Positions 1-10,201 of a stretch of DNA of 64,000 bases are shown one piece after another. The DNA is from Bilabrum cf. latius (lineage: Eukaryota), in assembly GCA_965178125.1 (NCBI GenBank), contig OZ237739.1:930001-994000 (forward strand), read 5' to 3'. The notes beneath the pieces were generated by a model, which saw only the letters and a program-made list of their open reading frames with translations, was not told where the DNA came from and made no database searches. The position numbers were made by a program, and so were the translations under genes. The first letter of the stretch is position 1, and the number at the start of each line of letters is the position of its first letter.

Positions 1-2
1 GC

Positions 3-1427
3 TACGCGAAGGCTGACCTCGGCGGTCAGGACAGTTCCTGCGAGGCTCGGAGCCTGCATGGTTCAGGGCGCTGGGACCGGGACACAGACGCATCCCATGA
101 AGACAAGAGCGCCCGGGGCAAGGTAGCCCGAGGTGACGCTGCATCTCCGGCCCTGCGGGCAGGCATGCCCGAGCTGACACCGCTTGCGGGACCGCGTGCC
201 ATGTCGGGGCACGAGGACGATCTCGCGCTGCCTGGCGCTGCCTCGCTCGCCTTGCCACCGGCCGGTGACGGTAGCAACGCCCAGCCAAGCGAGTACGCTC
301 GATCGGACGGTGGTCGCGAATCCCAATCCCCCGGGGGTCAGGCGCAGCCTTCCTCCAGATAGGACGCCCGATGGGGCAAGGGACTCCCGCACGGGCTGCT
401 GCAGCGAGGCGTGGCTCACGCAGTGTCCAGGACCAGCTCGTATGGAGCCAAGCAAGTGGCAAGGGCGGCGGCGGGGGCGGGTCCATCGCCCCAAACATCG
501 ACTGCAACGCCACCTGGCCCGAGTGGCAGTGACGTGCGCAGGCAGCGGAGTCGCTCTGTTGGCGAGCTGGGCCAGGCAGCCGCCGCGATCGGGCTGCGGA
601 TGGGTCGAATCCGGCACCGAGGGGCTGTCATGGAGGTGCCTGCGGACGAGTATGCCCTGAGGAGCGGGGCCGTTGCGTTCGGTATCTCTCTCACCGAGGC
701 TGTGCGGAGGCCGCAAGGCCCAAGCAGCGAAGGCGGTGCCGTGGGTGCTAGTACTGGCGTGTCTATAAAGGACCGCTTCGGCAGAAGCACAGGCGTGGGC
801 GCACGAGTAGTGGCCTAGCCTCAAGGCGATCCGACTGGCCTACTGGCCCCTACTGGGGACTCTGGTGCTCCTAACACCCATGCGGTGGCCGAGGGCTCAC
901 AGGGTGAAGGTGAAGGCTCCCTTGCCGGTGGAGGCTCCGAGGGCGGGTGCACCGAGGGCACGGGCACCAGCGGCGGGGAGCGGGCCACTTTGGCCACCAG
1001 CATGACGGAAGTGTCCAGGGTGTGGGAGTTTGCCGCTGGGGATCTAGGGGGGCGCGGTGATCCGGGGGACCAGGCGTGGACGGCTGCGTGGGCGGAGCGT
1101 GTGCTGGAGCAGCTGGAGGCGGTGCCGAAGCCTGTCCTGGTCCACTGCCAGACGGGCGCGGCGGCGTGCTGCGTGTGTCTCCTGCGAGCCGCGAGGAAGC
1201 TTGGCGCCAAGCCGAAGCAGGTGCACAAGTGGTCAAGGGATCTGGGTCACTCGCTTGCAGGCCACAGCGACCTTGAGCTCGTCGTTTCCGAGATCCTCAA
1301 GCCAGCGAACCCCGAGATCCTCAAGCCAGCGAACCCCGCGACAGCCGAGATCGCTGCTGCCAGTAGTGATGCCTCTGACGCAGCCAAGAGACCTGCGACC
1401 GGAGTGCGCCCCGTGCAAGGAAGCTGA
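3..1427 (+). CDS. 5'-truncated protein with C-terminal PTP-like/DUF442 (BLH phosphatase-like) domain; TAG read as Gln
   Basis: One frame is open from the window start. ORFs 165-362, 411-818 and 885-1427 are joined by TAG at 360 and 816 and end in TGA. Motif ERVLEQLEAVPKPVLVHCQTG resembles DUF442-type 'PKPVLVHCxSGxR', but the Arg is missing. Confidence 0.65.
1288..1338 (+). repeat. 24-bp perfect tandem duplication (encodes EILKPANP x2)
   Basis: ccgagatcctcaagccagcgaacc at 1288-1311 and 1312-1335. Confidence 0.9.
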
Positions 1428-1504
1428 TCTAGTGTTGTGTGGTATACTAATGCTGTGTTATCTGCCTGCATGGCCATGATTGCTTGCAGTTTGCAGACTG
1501 TGCA

Positions 1505-2267
1505 TCAAGTCGACATGCCCGCAGATCCGCCCCCGGCCCCACCAGAAGCCGCACCCTCCGCTTCTGAGCTCTCAGCCGCAGCCGCAACAGGTTTGATTCC
1601 GGCTACTCTTCGTTTGTCTCGCTCGCCGCACCATGCCTTCACCCATGCCTTCAAGCGATCGATGTTCGCTCTCTGGTCGCCAATGCTCTCGCTTTTCACC
1701 GTATGAACGACACCTTCTGCAAATGCTTCCCTGGCCTCATCTTCACACACGTTCATGATTTCTGCCGTCACATTCTCTTCTACCTTTGTCTTGGAATAGC
1801 CCCGTGCCTTCAGCCGATCGAAAACCGCAGTGTTGCCAGCTTTCAATACTAGGACCAGATCGAACCATCGTTCTGGGAAAAGCTCGCTCGAATGGAAATC
1901 TACGATATTTCCTCCCTTGATGCCTGACATGGAAGGCTCCATTTCGTCAAGTAGTCTGTCTTCAGCATCCTCGTCGAGGACGTGAGTATCAAATGTTTTA
2001 TCAGTGCCGGAGTGAAACCCACCGGTCTTTACTAGCTCAGTCACGTTAAAGTGCGTAAATCCTGACTCTTTCTGCGAGCCTAGGAATATCGTCCACGGAC
2101 AAGCAAATGCATTTAGCTGGCACAAACTTTCGTCCCGGACAACTGCAACTTGAGCTTACGCTGACTGCTTCTGCCAGGGACGTCTTCCCAGTCCCTGGCG
2201 TACCCGTGATTAAAATATTTGGAAGATTTCTATGATCAGAGCCGTGACTGGGGAGTTCAGCGGCCAT
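1505..2267 (-). CDS. AK6: Adenylate kinase 6 / Fap7 (exons 2267-2160, 2071-1505; ~224 aa)
   Basis: NILITGTPGTGKT P-loop, then after a phase-0 intron 2159-2072 (GTAAGC...TCGCAG) 'IVDFHSSELFPERWFDLVLVL...RLKARGYS..KVEENVTAEIM'. Ends in TGA. Confidence 0.93.
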
Positions 2268-2349
2268 TATGTGCTGATAAGAAGTGGATCGTTGCACAAC
2301 GGCAACTGCGAGCAAATGGGGTGACGAGTTCTTGCTTCAAGTTGCTACA

Positions 2350-5300
2350 ATGGCAATCATTCTCGCCCAGAGCTACCGAAAAATGCTAACAATGTGTGGG
2401 TTCATGCTTCTGTCTATCGCAGCGTTGCGATCCGTGTCGGCCGCGGCCTCGGGAGCCTGTCCTGGTACCCCACCACCCGTAGCTAGCCGGCAACCATGCT
2501 GGTCTTGGGTTTTGGACGACAATGAGGACGGATGTATTGCCCGTGGGTGCTGTTGGGACTCGAAGTCCGGAATTAATCCTTCAAACTCGTCTGGGCATCC
2601 TATCTTGCCAATGTGCTTCGTACCGCCGGGCGAGAACTTCCTGCCTGTCGCAAAGCTGCACGTGATTCAAGGGTGCCATTTTGATGCTGGATTTGCCGAT
2701 ACGATTCAAGGGATTGTTGGGGGAAGGTGGTTTCAGCAATTTTTCCCACGGGCAGCGGCAGTGGGATCGCAGTTGCACGGTAACAGCAGCACGCCAGCCA
2801 AGCTACGGTTTACGGCCCAGTCCTGGGTCGTTTGGCTCTTTTTGAACTGCCCGCCATCGGCTGGCCTGCAGTGTCCCAGCATTGAGCAAATTCAGCAGTT
2901 TAATGCTAGCGTGAAGGCTGGCTATATCACGTGGCATGCTCTACCGATGAACTTCGAGCCCGAGCTGATGACTGCCGGCATGATCGATGCCGCGATCCAG
3001 CTCACGCATCGTCTCGATGACGACTTTGGCCTTCCTAGGAAGACGGTGATGTCACAGAGAGATGTACCTTTCCTCACCCGTGCCGCGATTCCTGCCCTCG
3101 TTCGCAACGGCGTCGACGTTTTGTCGGTGGGCGTGAATGGGGGCAGCACGCCTCCGAACCTCCCGCCTGCTTTCCTGTGGAGGGACGTGCCCAGTAATAC
3201 CTAGGTACTCGTGCTTTTACTGCAGGGGGGATATGGTGGCATTCATCTGTGGAAGACGGCGCCGTTCACGCCAGTCATGCTGCCTGGTTTTGGTGAAGCC
3301 GCGGTCGTGGACTGGCGGGGCGACAACGCGGGGCCGCCGCCAGAGGCAGCAGATCTAATCGAAGACTTTAGCACGCTGCAGCAGCAATTCAACGGATCAT
3401 AGATCGTTCCATCGACCTTTGAGGATTTTGCAGCGGCGGCACGAAGCTTCTACAGGGTGGGGCGACAGGGCCCCACCTCCAGCTCGCAATGGGGTGCTTC
3501 ACCCCGTACGCTGTCCGGCTTCGTGCCCGGCACAGAGGAGTCGACTCCCGCAGTGCGCTGGAACGTGAGCCTCCCAATCATCACGTCCGAGGTGGGAGAC
3601 ACGTGGATCTACGGGGTCCCCAGCGACCCCGTGAAGGTCGCGCGTATGCGTGCAGCCCACCGTTCCAGACAGGCCTGCTTGTTGTCGGGTGCATGCAGCA
3701 TCGACGACCCGAAGCTCTTCAATGCAACAGCCTTTCTGCTCAAGAACAGCGAGCACACTTGGGGCCTAGACCACAAGACAGTCCTTTCGCCCGTTGATGA
3801 GGTGCTCCACCAGAACTGGTCAAACGCCGAGTTTCACGCAATCGCGAGAGGGCTGCCTCCGGCCGAAGACCCTCACCAGCTCACGGAGAAGTACCGGAAG
3901 CTGGCTCGCTCGTGGACAACCCAGCGTGACTACGGCCTAACGTATGCGCTGGATGCGTTGGGAGAGGACCACCCGCTCACTGAAGCGATTCGTGCGGCGT
4001 GGGCGGAGCAAGTGCCGTCGGTTCCACCGCATAGCTCATCACCAGGCCAGTCGCATCCGCAGTCGACAAGAGGCCAGCTTTCACAAAATGCCCCCAGTAC
4101 CTGCGATGAATCCGTTGAATCGGCTCGATTCTACGATCTTGGCTTCCGATGGAAGGTTGGCGTGAACCAGTCTACCGGAGCCGTGTGCTCGCTGCTCGAT
4201 GTGGCCACTGGCACAAACTACGCTGGTGCCTCTGGATGCTCAGCTGGGGGTTCAAGCAACCGTTCTGCGTCTCTGTTTGCTCCACAGTACATGACGTTGG
4301 ATGCCCTGGACTATGGTCTGTACGAGCTCCTCTACAACTACCTGTGGGTGGTCGATTTCATCGTCGGGGACGACTTCGACGACCAGACCAAGCAGGGCAT
4401 CGACAAGTACAATGCCACGGCCGCGCTGCACGACACCGCCTTCTTGGGAGCTTGGATCAGCAATTCTTCTTCGGATGGCAATTTTCTCAAGGAACGGTCT
4501 GCATCCGCCACGGGCAAGACCACCTTCAGGCTCGACATCAAGATGAGCCTGCCAGACGATACCGTGGTGCTAGCGGGGGGGTTTCAGTCGCTCTGGCTCT
4601 CACTCACGGTGGAAGAAGCGTCAGGTGCTTGCGTAGGCAGCGGTGTTAGCTGTAATGTTGATCAAGGCACACTACCACCAAACATCTCGGTCACTCTGCA
4701 GGGCTTCAACAAGACTGCAACGCGCATGCCGGAGGCCTTGTTTCTGCGCATCAGCCCAACCGTCGGTTCTGACACCTCGAACAGGCATCATTCCGATGCG
4801 TCGTTGCCGTCATGGATCCGCGGTGCCGGATGGTGCATGGAGAAGCTAGGCAGCTGGATGCAGTCGTGGCCCATACCGTGGGGAGGCTCCACTCGGCTGC
4901 ACGGAGTGTCGGACGGCGGCGTGGCGTTCCTTCGCTCTGTGGAGGAGAATGGACGTTTCGATGGCCCCGACGAACAGATAATCGACACGTGGGGGCGAGT
5001 GATAGACCGTGCGAGAGCTGTCGGGTCGTCTGCCGCCAACGGCCGGCCCGCTGCGGGCGACGCAGAGGCTCGGCTGCGGTCGTACACCCCTGCGGACGGG
5101 GACAAGTGGCTGAATGGCAGCCTAGTAGCTGGGTCCATTCAAAGCCTTGAGGCAGATGCGTGTCATGCAGCCCTTTCGCAGGGCGCATTGCACGAGGCAG
5201 CGCAGCCCCCCGCCGCCGGATCTTTCAAGCTTGAATCGTTGGACGCGGCCGTGGTATCGTTCGGGCATCCCACCACGTTTGCAGTCCCAACGAATCTACC

Positions 5301-5454
5301 GCCAGACTTTGAAGGTGGGGGCTCTTCCTTTTTGCTCCTTTCCAACGCTTGGGGTACCAACTACGTTAGCGTGAGCCTGGGACAGCCCATGCCGCAGGGG
5401 GGCCCACAGGAGAGTGACATGAAGTGGAGGTTCAAATTCGTCCCGCTTAATTGA
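2350..5454 (+). CDS. Secreted trefoil (P-type) domain + GH38-N-like/DUF5054-like putative glycoside hydrolase (~1,034 aa)
   Basis: Hydrophobic N-terminus; trefoil pattern C..RQPC...C..RGCCWD...CF; motifs 'LHVIQGCHFDAGFAD', 'ITWHALPMN', 'EVGDTWIYGVPSDPVK', 'EHTWGLD', 'NAWGTNY'. Three same-frame ORFs joined by TAG at 3202 and 3400; ends in TGA. Confidence 0.8.
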
Positions 5455-5547
5455 AGCACAGCCCAGTGGTTGTTTGGTTTTGACTTACCAGTACACCTCG
5501 CCGCGGGCGTGATGCTCACCCATAGTCTAACCACTGATGGCAACCTA

Positions 5548-5606
5548 CGAACATTAGGATTTGAACCTGCGCGCGCACAGAGCACGTTCACTTAGCAGGC
5601 GAGCCT
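5548..5606 (-). pseudogene. Degenerate tRNA-Ser(GCT)-like fragment (anticodon arm, long variable arm, T arm)
   Basis: Minus strand reads AGGCTCGC-CTGCTAA-GTGAA-CGTGCTCTGTGCG-CGCGCAGG-TTCAAAT-CCTAATGTTCG, with a GCT anticodon loop and GGTTCAAATCC B-box. No recognisable D arm or 5' acceptor strand, and the T stem is imperfect. Confidence 0.55.
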
Positions 5607-5814
5607 GGGCCGGCTGAAACCTTTGTTGCGTGCAGTATTCCACGCAGACCTTTCCCGAGCTTTCGTGATCGATTCCAGGCTAGCATAGCAAAAATTTGAA
5701 ATCGGTAGCCTGTGTATTAACATTCACATTCCATCATTTCGAGTTGAGCAGCCAGTTACATTTCATTGAAGCAGATACTAGGCTGATAGTTTGGACGCTA
5801 TTCGATTTCGTCCC

Positions 5815-8800
5815 ATGCTCCCGCTTTTGCTGATAGGGCTCGCATCAATCGCCACGGGTGATAGTGTATGCGATGTTGGGCCAACTATATTATCCTCCGC
5901 ACAAGGTACCATGCAAGCAGTCGACAAGAGGAATTTTGGGGACCGCAACTGCTCGTGGCTGATTGATCCAAGCCTGGAACCGAGCTCACGCACTCGAATT
6001 CAGCTGTCATGGAAAGCGCTTGAGCTAGTGAACGATAAAGACAAGCCGTTTCCGCCTGGCTACCAGCCGGGGCCGGATGGAGCCTTTCTTGGGGATTGCC
6101 CGTTGGCGTCGATTGAGGTGTATGCGATGAGAAACGTGTCGGCAGACCGGAGCACGCCCTTGCGGGGCATGCAAGGTCGAGTTGCGTCAGGTAACGGTGA
6201 CATTATCATGCGAGTATGTGGGGAGTTAGTAGACCTTGACGCCCGCATCATGGATATCGGGGTGATCGCCCCAGCGGTCAAGGTAGTGCTCCGGTCCACA
6301 GCCCAGGCTGCGATGGCCGTTGATTTTGCGCTAGATTGGTCTGCTACTACGATGGATCCCGGCCCATCACAAGAACCGCAGCCGAGCGCCGACCCAAGCC
6401 CGCCCCCAGACGTGCCAGGCAGCTGCAAGCTGAGTGACTGGTCCGACTGGGGCGCATGCAACGCGGGGTGCGGCATGGGCAAGTAGATCCGCACCAGGGC
6501 CGTTCTGCAGCACGGAGAACCAGGTGCGCCCGCATGCGGCTTTCTGGTCGAAGAGTAGGACTGCCTCGTGCGACCCTGCAATAGCTTGGACGAGGACAGG
6601 AGCTGCTCCTTCCTCGACTGGAACCCGTGGGGCAACTGCACGATGTCGTGCGGTGCGGGTACGAGGCTGCAGACTAGGGACCTGGTCGAGCCGCGGCTGG
6701 GTGCAGGCACGTGTGGACCCATGTACAGGACGAGTGACTGCAATATGAATCCGTGCGAAGAGTTTTCCCCTTGCGAGGCCACCAAGATCATCGAGGGTGA
6801 GGCCTCCGGCGTGGTGCAGATCGGGCACCCCTCCTCCAGCGAGCCGGGTGGGAGTGGCTCGGCGCCGGTGCCCCCTTCTTCAACGTGCGAGTGGAAGATC
6901 ATGGGCAGCTCCTCGCAAGACATCAAGCTGGTTTGGGACTGGGTAGAGATGCCCGTCGTGTTCAACGGGTCCTGTAACCTGCTCACCACCGGAGAGGTCG
7001 AGGCACTGGCTGGCTCCTACAACGGAAGCCTCGACGAAATTGACGCAAGATGCGCCGTGGCTCCTCTCCCGCAGCCACCCACACTCCCTGGCCGCACGGT
7101 CCGCACCTCTGGTGCCACCGAGCTGGTGCTCCGTCTCATCACGCCATCCACAGAGGGTGCTTGGGGCTTCAAGGCTAGCTTCGAGCTCGTGTCTCGAGTG
7201 CAGCCCTCCCATGCCCCCGAGCCCCCCGTAAACTGCACCCTAGGGAACTGGACGCAGTGGTCTGAGTGCAGCGCGGAATGCGGTGAGGGAGTGCAGACCA
7301 GGTCCCGGCCGATCGTCGCCCCCGCCAGGCATGGCGGCTCCTGCCCAGGCCCGCTTGATGAGACCCGGCCCTGTGACGCGGGACCCTGCGGCCACAACTC
7401 AACGGACACCGATTGCATGGTGGGGCCGTGGGGAAACTTTTCATCCTGCTCTAGAGAGTGTGGGGGCGGGATTCAGACCCGCATTCGTCACGTGCTTGTG
7501 CCGTAGAGTGGTGATGGGGCAGCTTGCCCAGCCCTCAACGAAACCAAGTCGTGCAACGATGAGCCTTGCGACCCAACCGGCAGCGATGACGACCCGTGGG
7601 ATCCCAGCGACTTGCCGAGCGCCTGTAGATTTGCTTCCACAGGACGTTCCGAGGCCGTTCACGTCGCCGAGTCCCGCGTGGCAGTGCTTGCTCTCGGCGA
7701 CTACTCCACGGACGGCTCCCCGCCGAAGCACCGCTCCTACCCACAGAACGCAGACTGCGTCTGGTCGGTGACGTCGAGAAGCTACGAGCATGTATGGTGC
7801 CAGCTGGAACACATGAGCACTGCCGTATCTGCCAACTGCGAAGAGGCTGGCGTTGAGATGTGCGATGGCACATACACCGACTGTTCCCCGATCGGTAGAC
7901 CGATTTGTGGCTCGCTCTCTTCCAACATGGTAGCTTACAACGCGACAGGACGTCTTCTTACTGTCCGGTTTTCGTCTGGAGATGAAGTGCCTGAAGGCAA
8001 AGGCTTCAAACTAGTGTGTGGCGCCAGTGTTCCAGTCTACGAACCTCCTGCGAGCCCTGAAGACGCGGCGGTCACGATGCAGATAGGAGTGGACCAGCGA
8101 TTTGAGCAGAACTGGAGGAGGTCCAATCCGGACGGATCTACCAAAGAGCTCACCCATGCGATGGCGACTGGGTTGCAGCGTGACATCATGAGCGTGCTCT
8201 CAGTTGCCTAGTACCGGGTCGCCATCCCTGAGAGTTCCATAGGGCGAACCGATGCGCAATAGGGCATTACTGCTGAAGTTGCGGTACAGCTGCTGCCGCA
8301 AGCTGTGAACACCGCGGTGACCCTGGAGACATCACAAGAGCTGCTTCGGCGACTCCTGGTTCTAGTTGCAGAGTGCCCCGTTGAGGATGGTTCGGATGAT
8401 TTGTGTCCGGAAGGAACCGGGCTGTACGCTGCTAGTCGGTCAGTGTCCAAGTATTTGCAGCCGTTCGTCCCGAAAATCGAGTACGTATCGCCCGCCCAGA
8501 TCGAGCTGAGCACGCAGAGCATCACGCAGCAGCTGCCGAAAGGGGATCGTTCGAAGGCGTCCAGTCAACGGGAAGTCGATGTGCAGGTGTCCAATGGAGG
8601 AGGCCAAACGCTCGTCATTTCAGACATGCGGGTGCTATACCAGGACTCTTCGTCCACGCCGCATTTTTTGACACTTTCGACAGACATGCTTGAAGTTCCT
8701 GCCGGCGAGCACAGGTCATTCAAGGTCATCTTTGACCCTGAACCGGTCCCCGTGTCCAACCCGGGGCCCCTGTTCGCAGTGGTGGAACTGCTTCACCCCG

Positions 8801-10005
8801 TAGTGGATGGACCGCACGCGGTAGCTTGCGAACTTTCGTTCGAAGGCGTGGCCCCAGCTCCCACCAGCGAGCCCCAGGCATCACCCAGCCCGTAGCCAGG
8901 CACGAGTCCCAGCCCCAGCCCCGGTGCTGGCGGCTTAATGCCCGTATTTGACCTCACTAGCATAGCAATCGGAGCAGGCGGCGTCTTTGCGCTGCTAGCA
9001 CTCGCCTGCATGGGATACTGCGTTTGCTGCGGGCCTTGCAAGGGCAAGTGCTGCGGCGCCAAGAAAACCGGAGTGGGTGGCAGCGGGGGTGCTGGGAGCG
9101 GCGGCTCCAACGGAGGTCGTGCAAACTCCGGTGGGTCCTCAAGGGGCGGCCGGGACCGTGGTAGTGAGGATGAGGGTGCGCTGGCTCGCGGTAGGAGCAT
9201 TGGAAGCGACTTAGGTGCGCTGGATGGGCCCACCACTGGCGACTCCACTCGCAGGGATGGGAGGAAGGATGGTGGCGGTGGCATTGAGCTAGGAGATATC
9301 GGCTTGACTGGTGCGACTTCTTCTAGTGGTAGGGGCGGAGACGGGGTGTTCGGAGGGGGCGGTGACAGGCGTGGTAGCGGAGGTGGTGCAAGCGCGAGCG
9401 GAAGGAACGGGGGCTTTTCTGTGTCTGTGCCGCCGATGCGCCCAGGGGCTGAGACCGCGTTCAAGGCCTCGCTAAGCGGCGGCGGATCGAATGGAAGCCA
9501 CGGCTTTGGTGCGTCGTCGAGCTCTTCCGTAGCGTCTGGGTCTGGGTTCGGCGGCAGCGGAGGCGGTGCCCTGGGCGGCCTGTCCCTTGGATCGGGGTCT
9601 TCTCCTTAGGCCCAGGCCCAGGCCCAGACGATGCGGCTGCAAGCGACAGCATCGCTGGCTCCGCAGGAATTCGAGACGAACTGGGCCCAGCTGCACACCC
9701 TGTCCCTTTGGGGCGGCTAGATGCGGCCGGACGCGGCTGCCTCCGCGGATGCCCTCGAGAAAGCCTTGCAACCCGCCGGGATTCTGTGCATGGCGAGCGG
9801 CGAGATCAATGGGGTTCACAAGCACTTCTTCTTTGGGAAGGACGAGAATGGCTCGACTCCGGCAGAGCGGCTGTACATGGCAGAGGCATCAGTCACGCTC
9901 GCGAGCGGCAGGCTCTCCGTGGTGATCAAGGGGCAGGGGCCGTCGTCCCAGCAGTTCGTCAGCGAGTTCAAACGGAGGGTGAGGGGGCTGCTTGCATCTG
10001 AATGA
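5815..10005 (+). CDS. Type I membrane protein: signal peptide, 3 CUB-like + 4 TSP1 repeats, Ig-like domain, TM, Gly-rich linker, C-terminal beta-adaptin appendage-like domain (~1,396 aa)
   Basis: TSP1 motifs WSDWGAC..CG, WNPWGNC..CG, WTQWSEC..CG, WGNFSSC..CG; CUB-like 'YPQNADCVW...GKGFKL'; TM IAIGAGGVFALLALACMGYCVCC. Single frame with TAG at 6484, 6556, 7504, 8209, 8260, 8893, 9607 and 9718; ends in TGA. Confidence 0.85.
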
Positions 10006-10201
10006 TATATTATTGATTGTTTCTACATTCAGGCTGCCGTTTTGATCGCGAAAGCATCGGTGAGTTAGGCACAGGACCTTTGTGGTTGCGACCGCTTGCG
10101 ACCACTTGCGAATCCAACAGCAACATCCAAAATTTGGATAACGCAGCTATTCTCTGCGTGAACACCACACGTTTAACACACATCGACCCTTGTGCGGTCC
10201 G

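Noticed and set aside
5548-5606. Suppressor tRNA-Gln(CUA) within the window
   Set aside because: The only tRNA-like sequence seen has a GCT anticodon and a Ser-type long variable arm, and it is incomplete.
6484-6486. TAG as Trp (A-to-I editing), pyrrolysine, or leaky readthrough
   Set aside because: TAG positions match Gln in sister repeats and motifs, while conserved Trp residues use TGG. About 20 TAGs per gene is incompatible with leaky readthrough.
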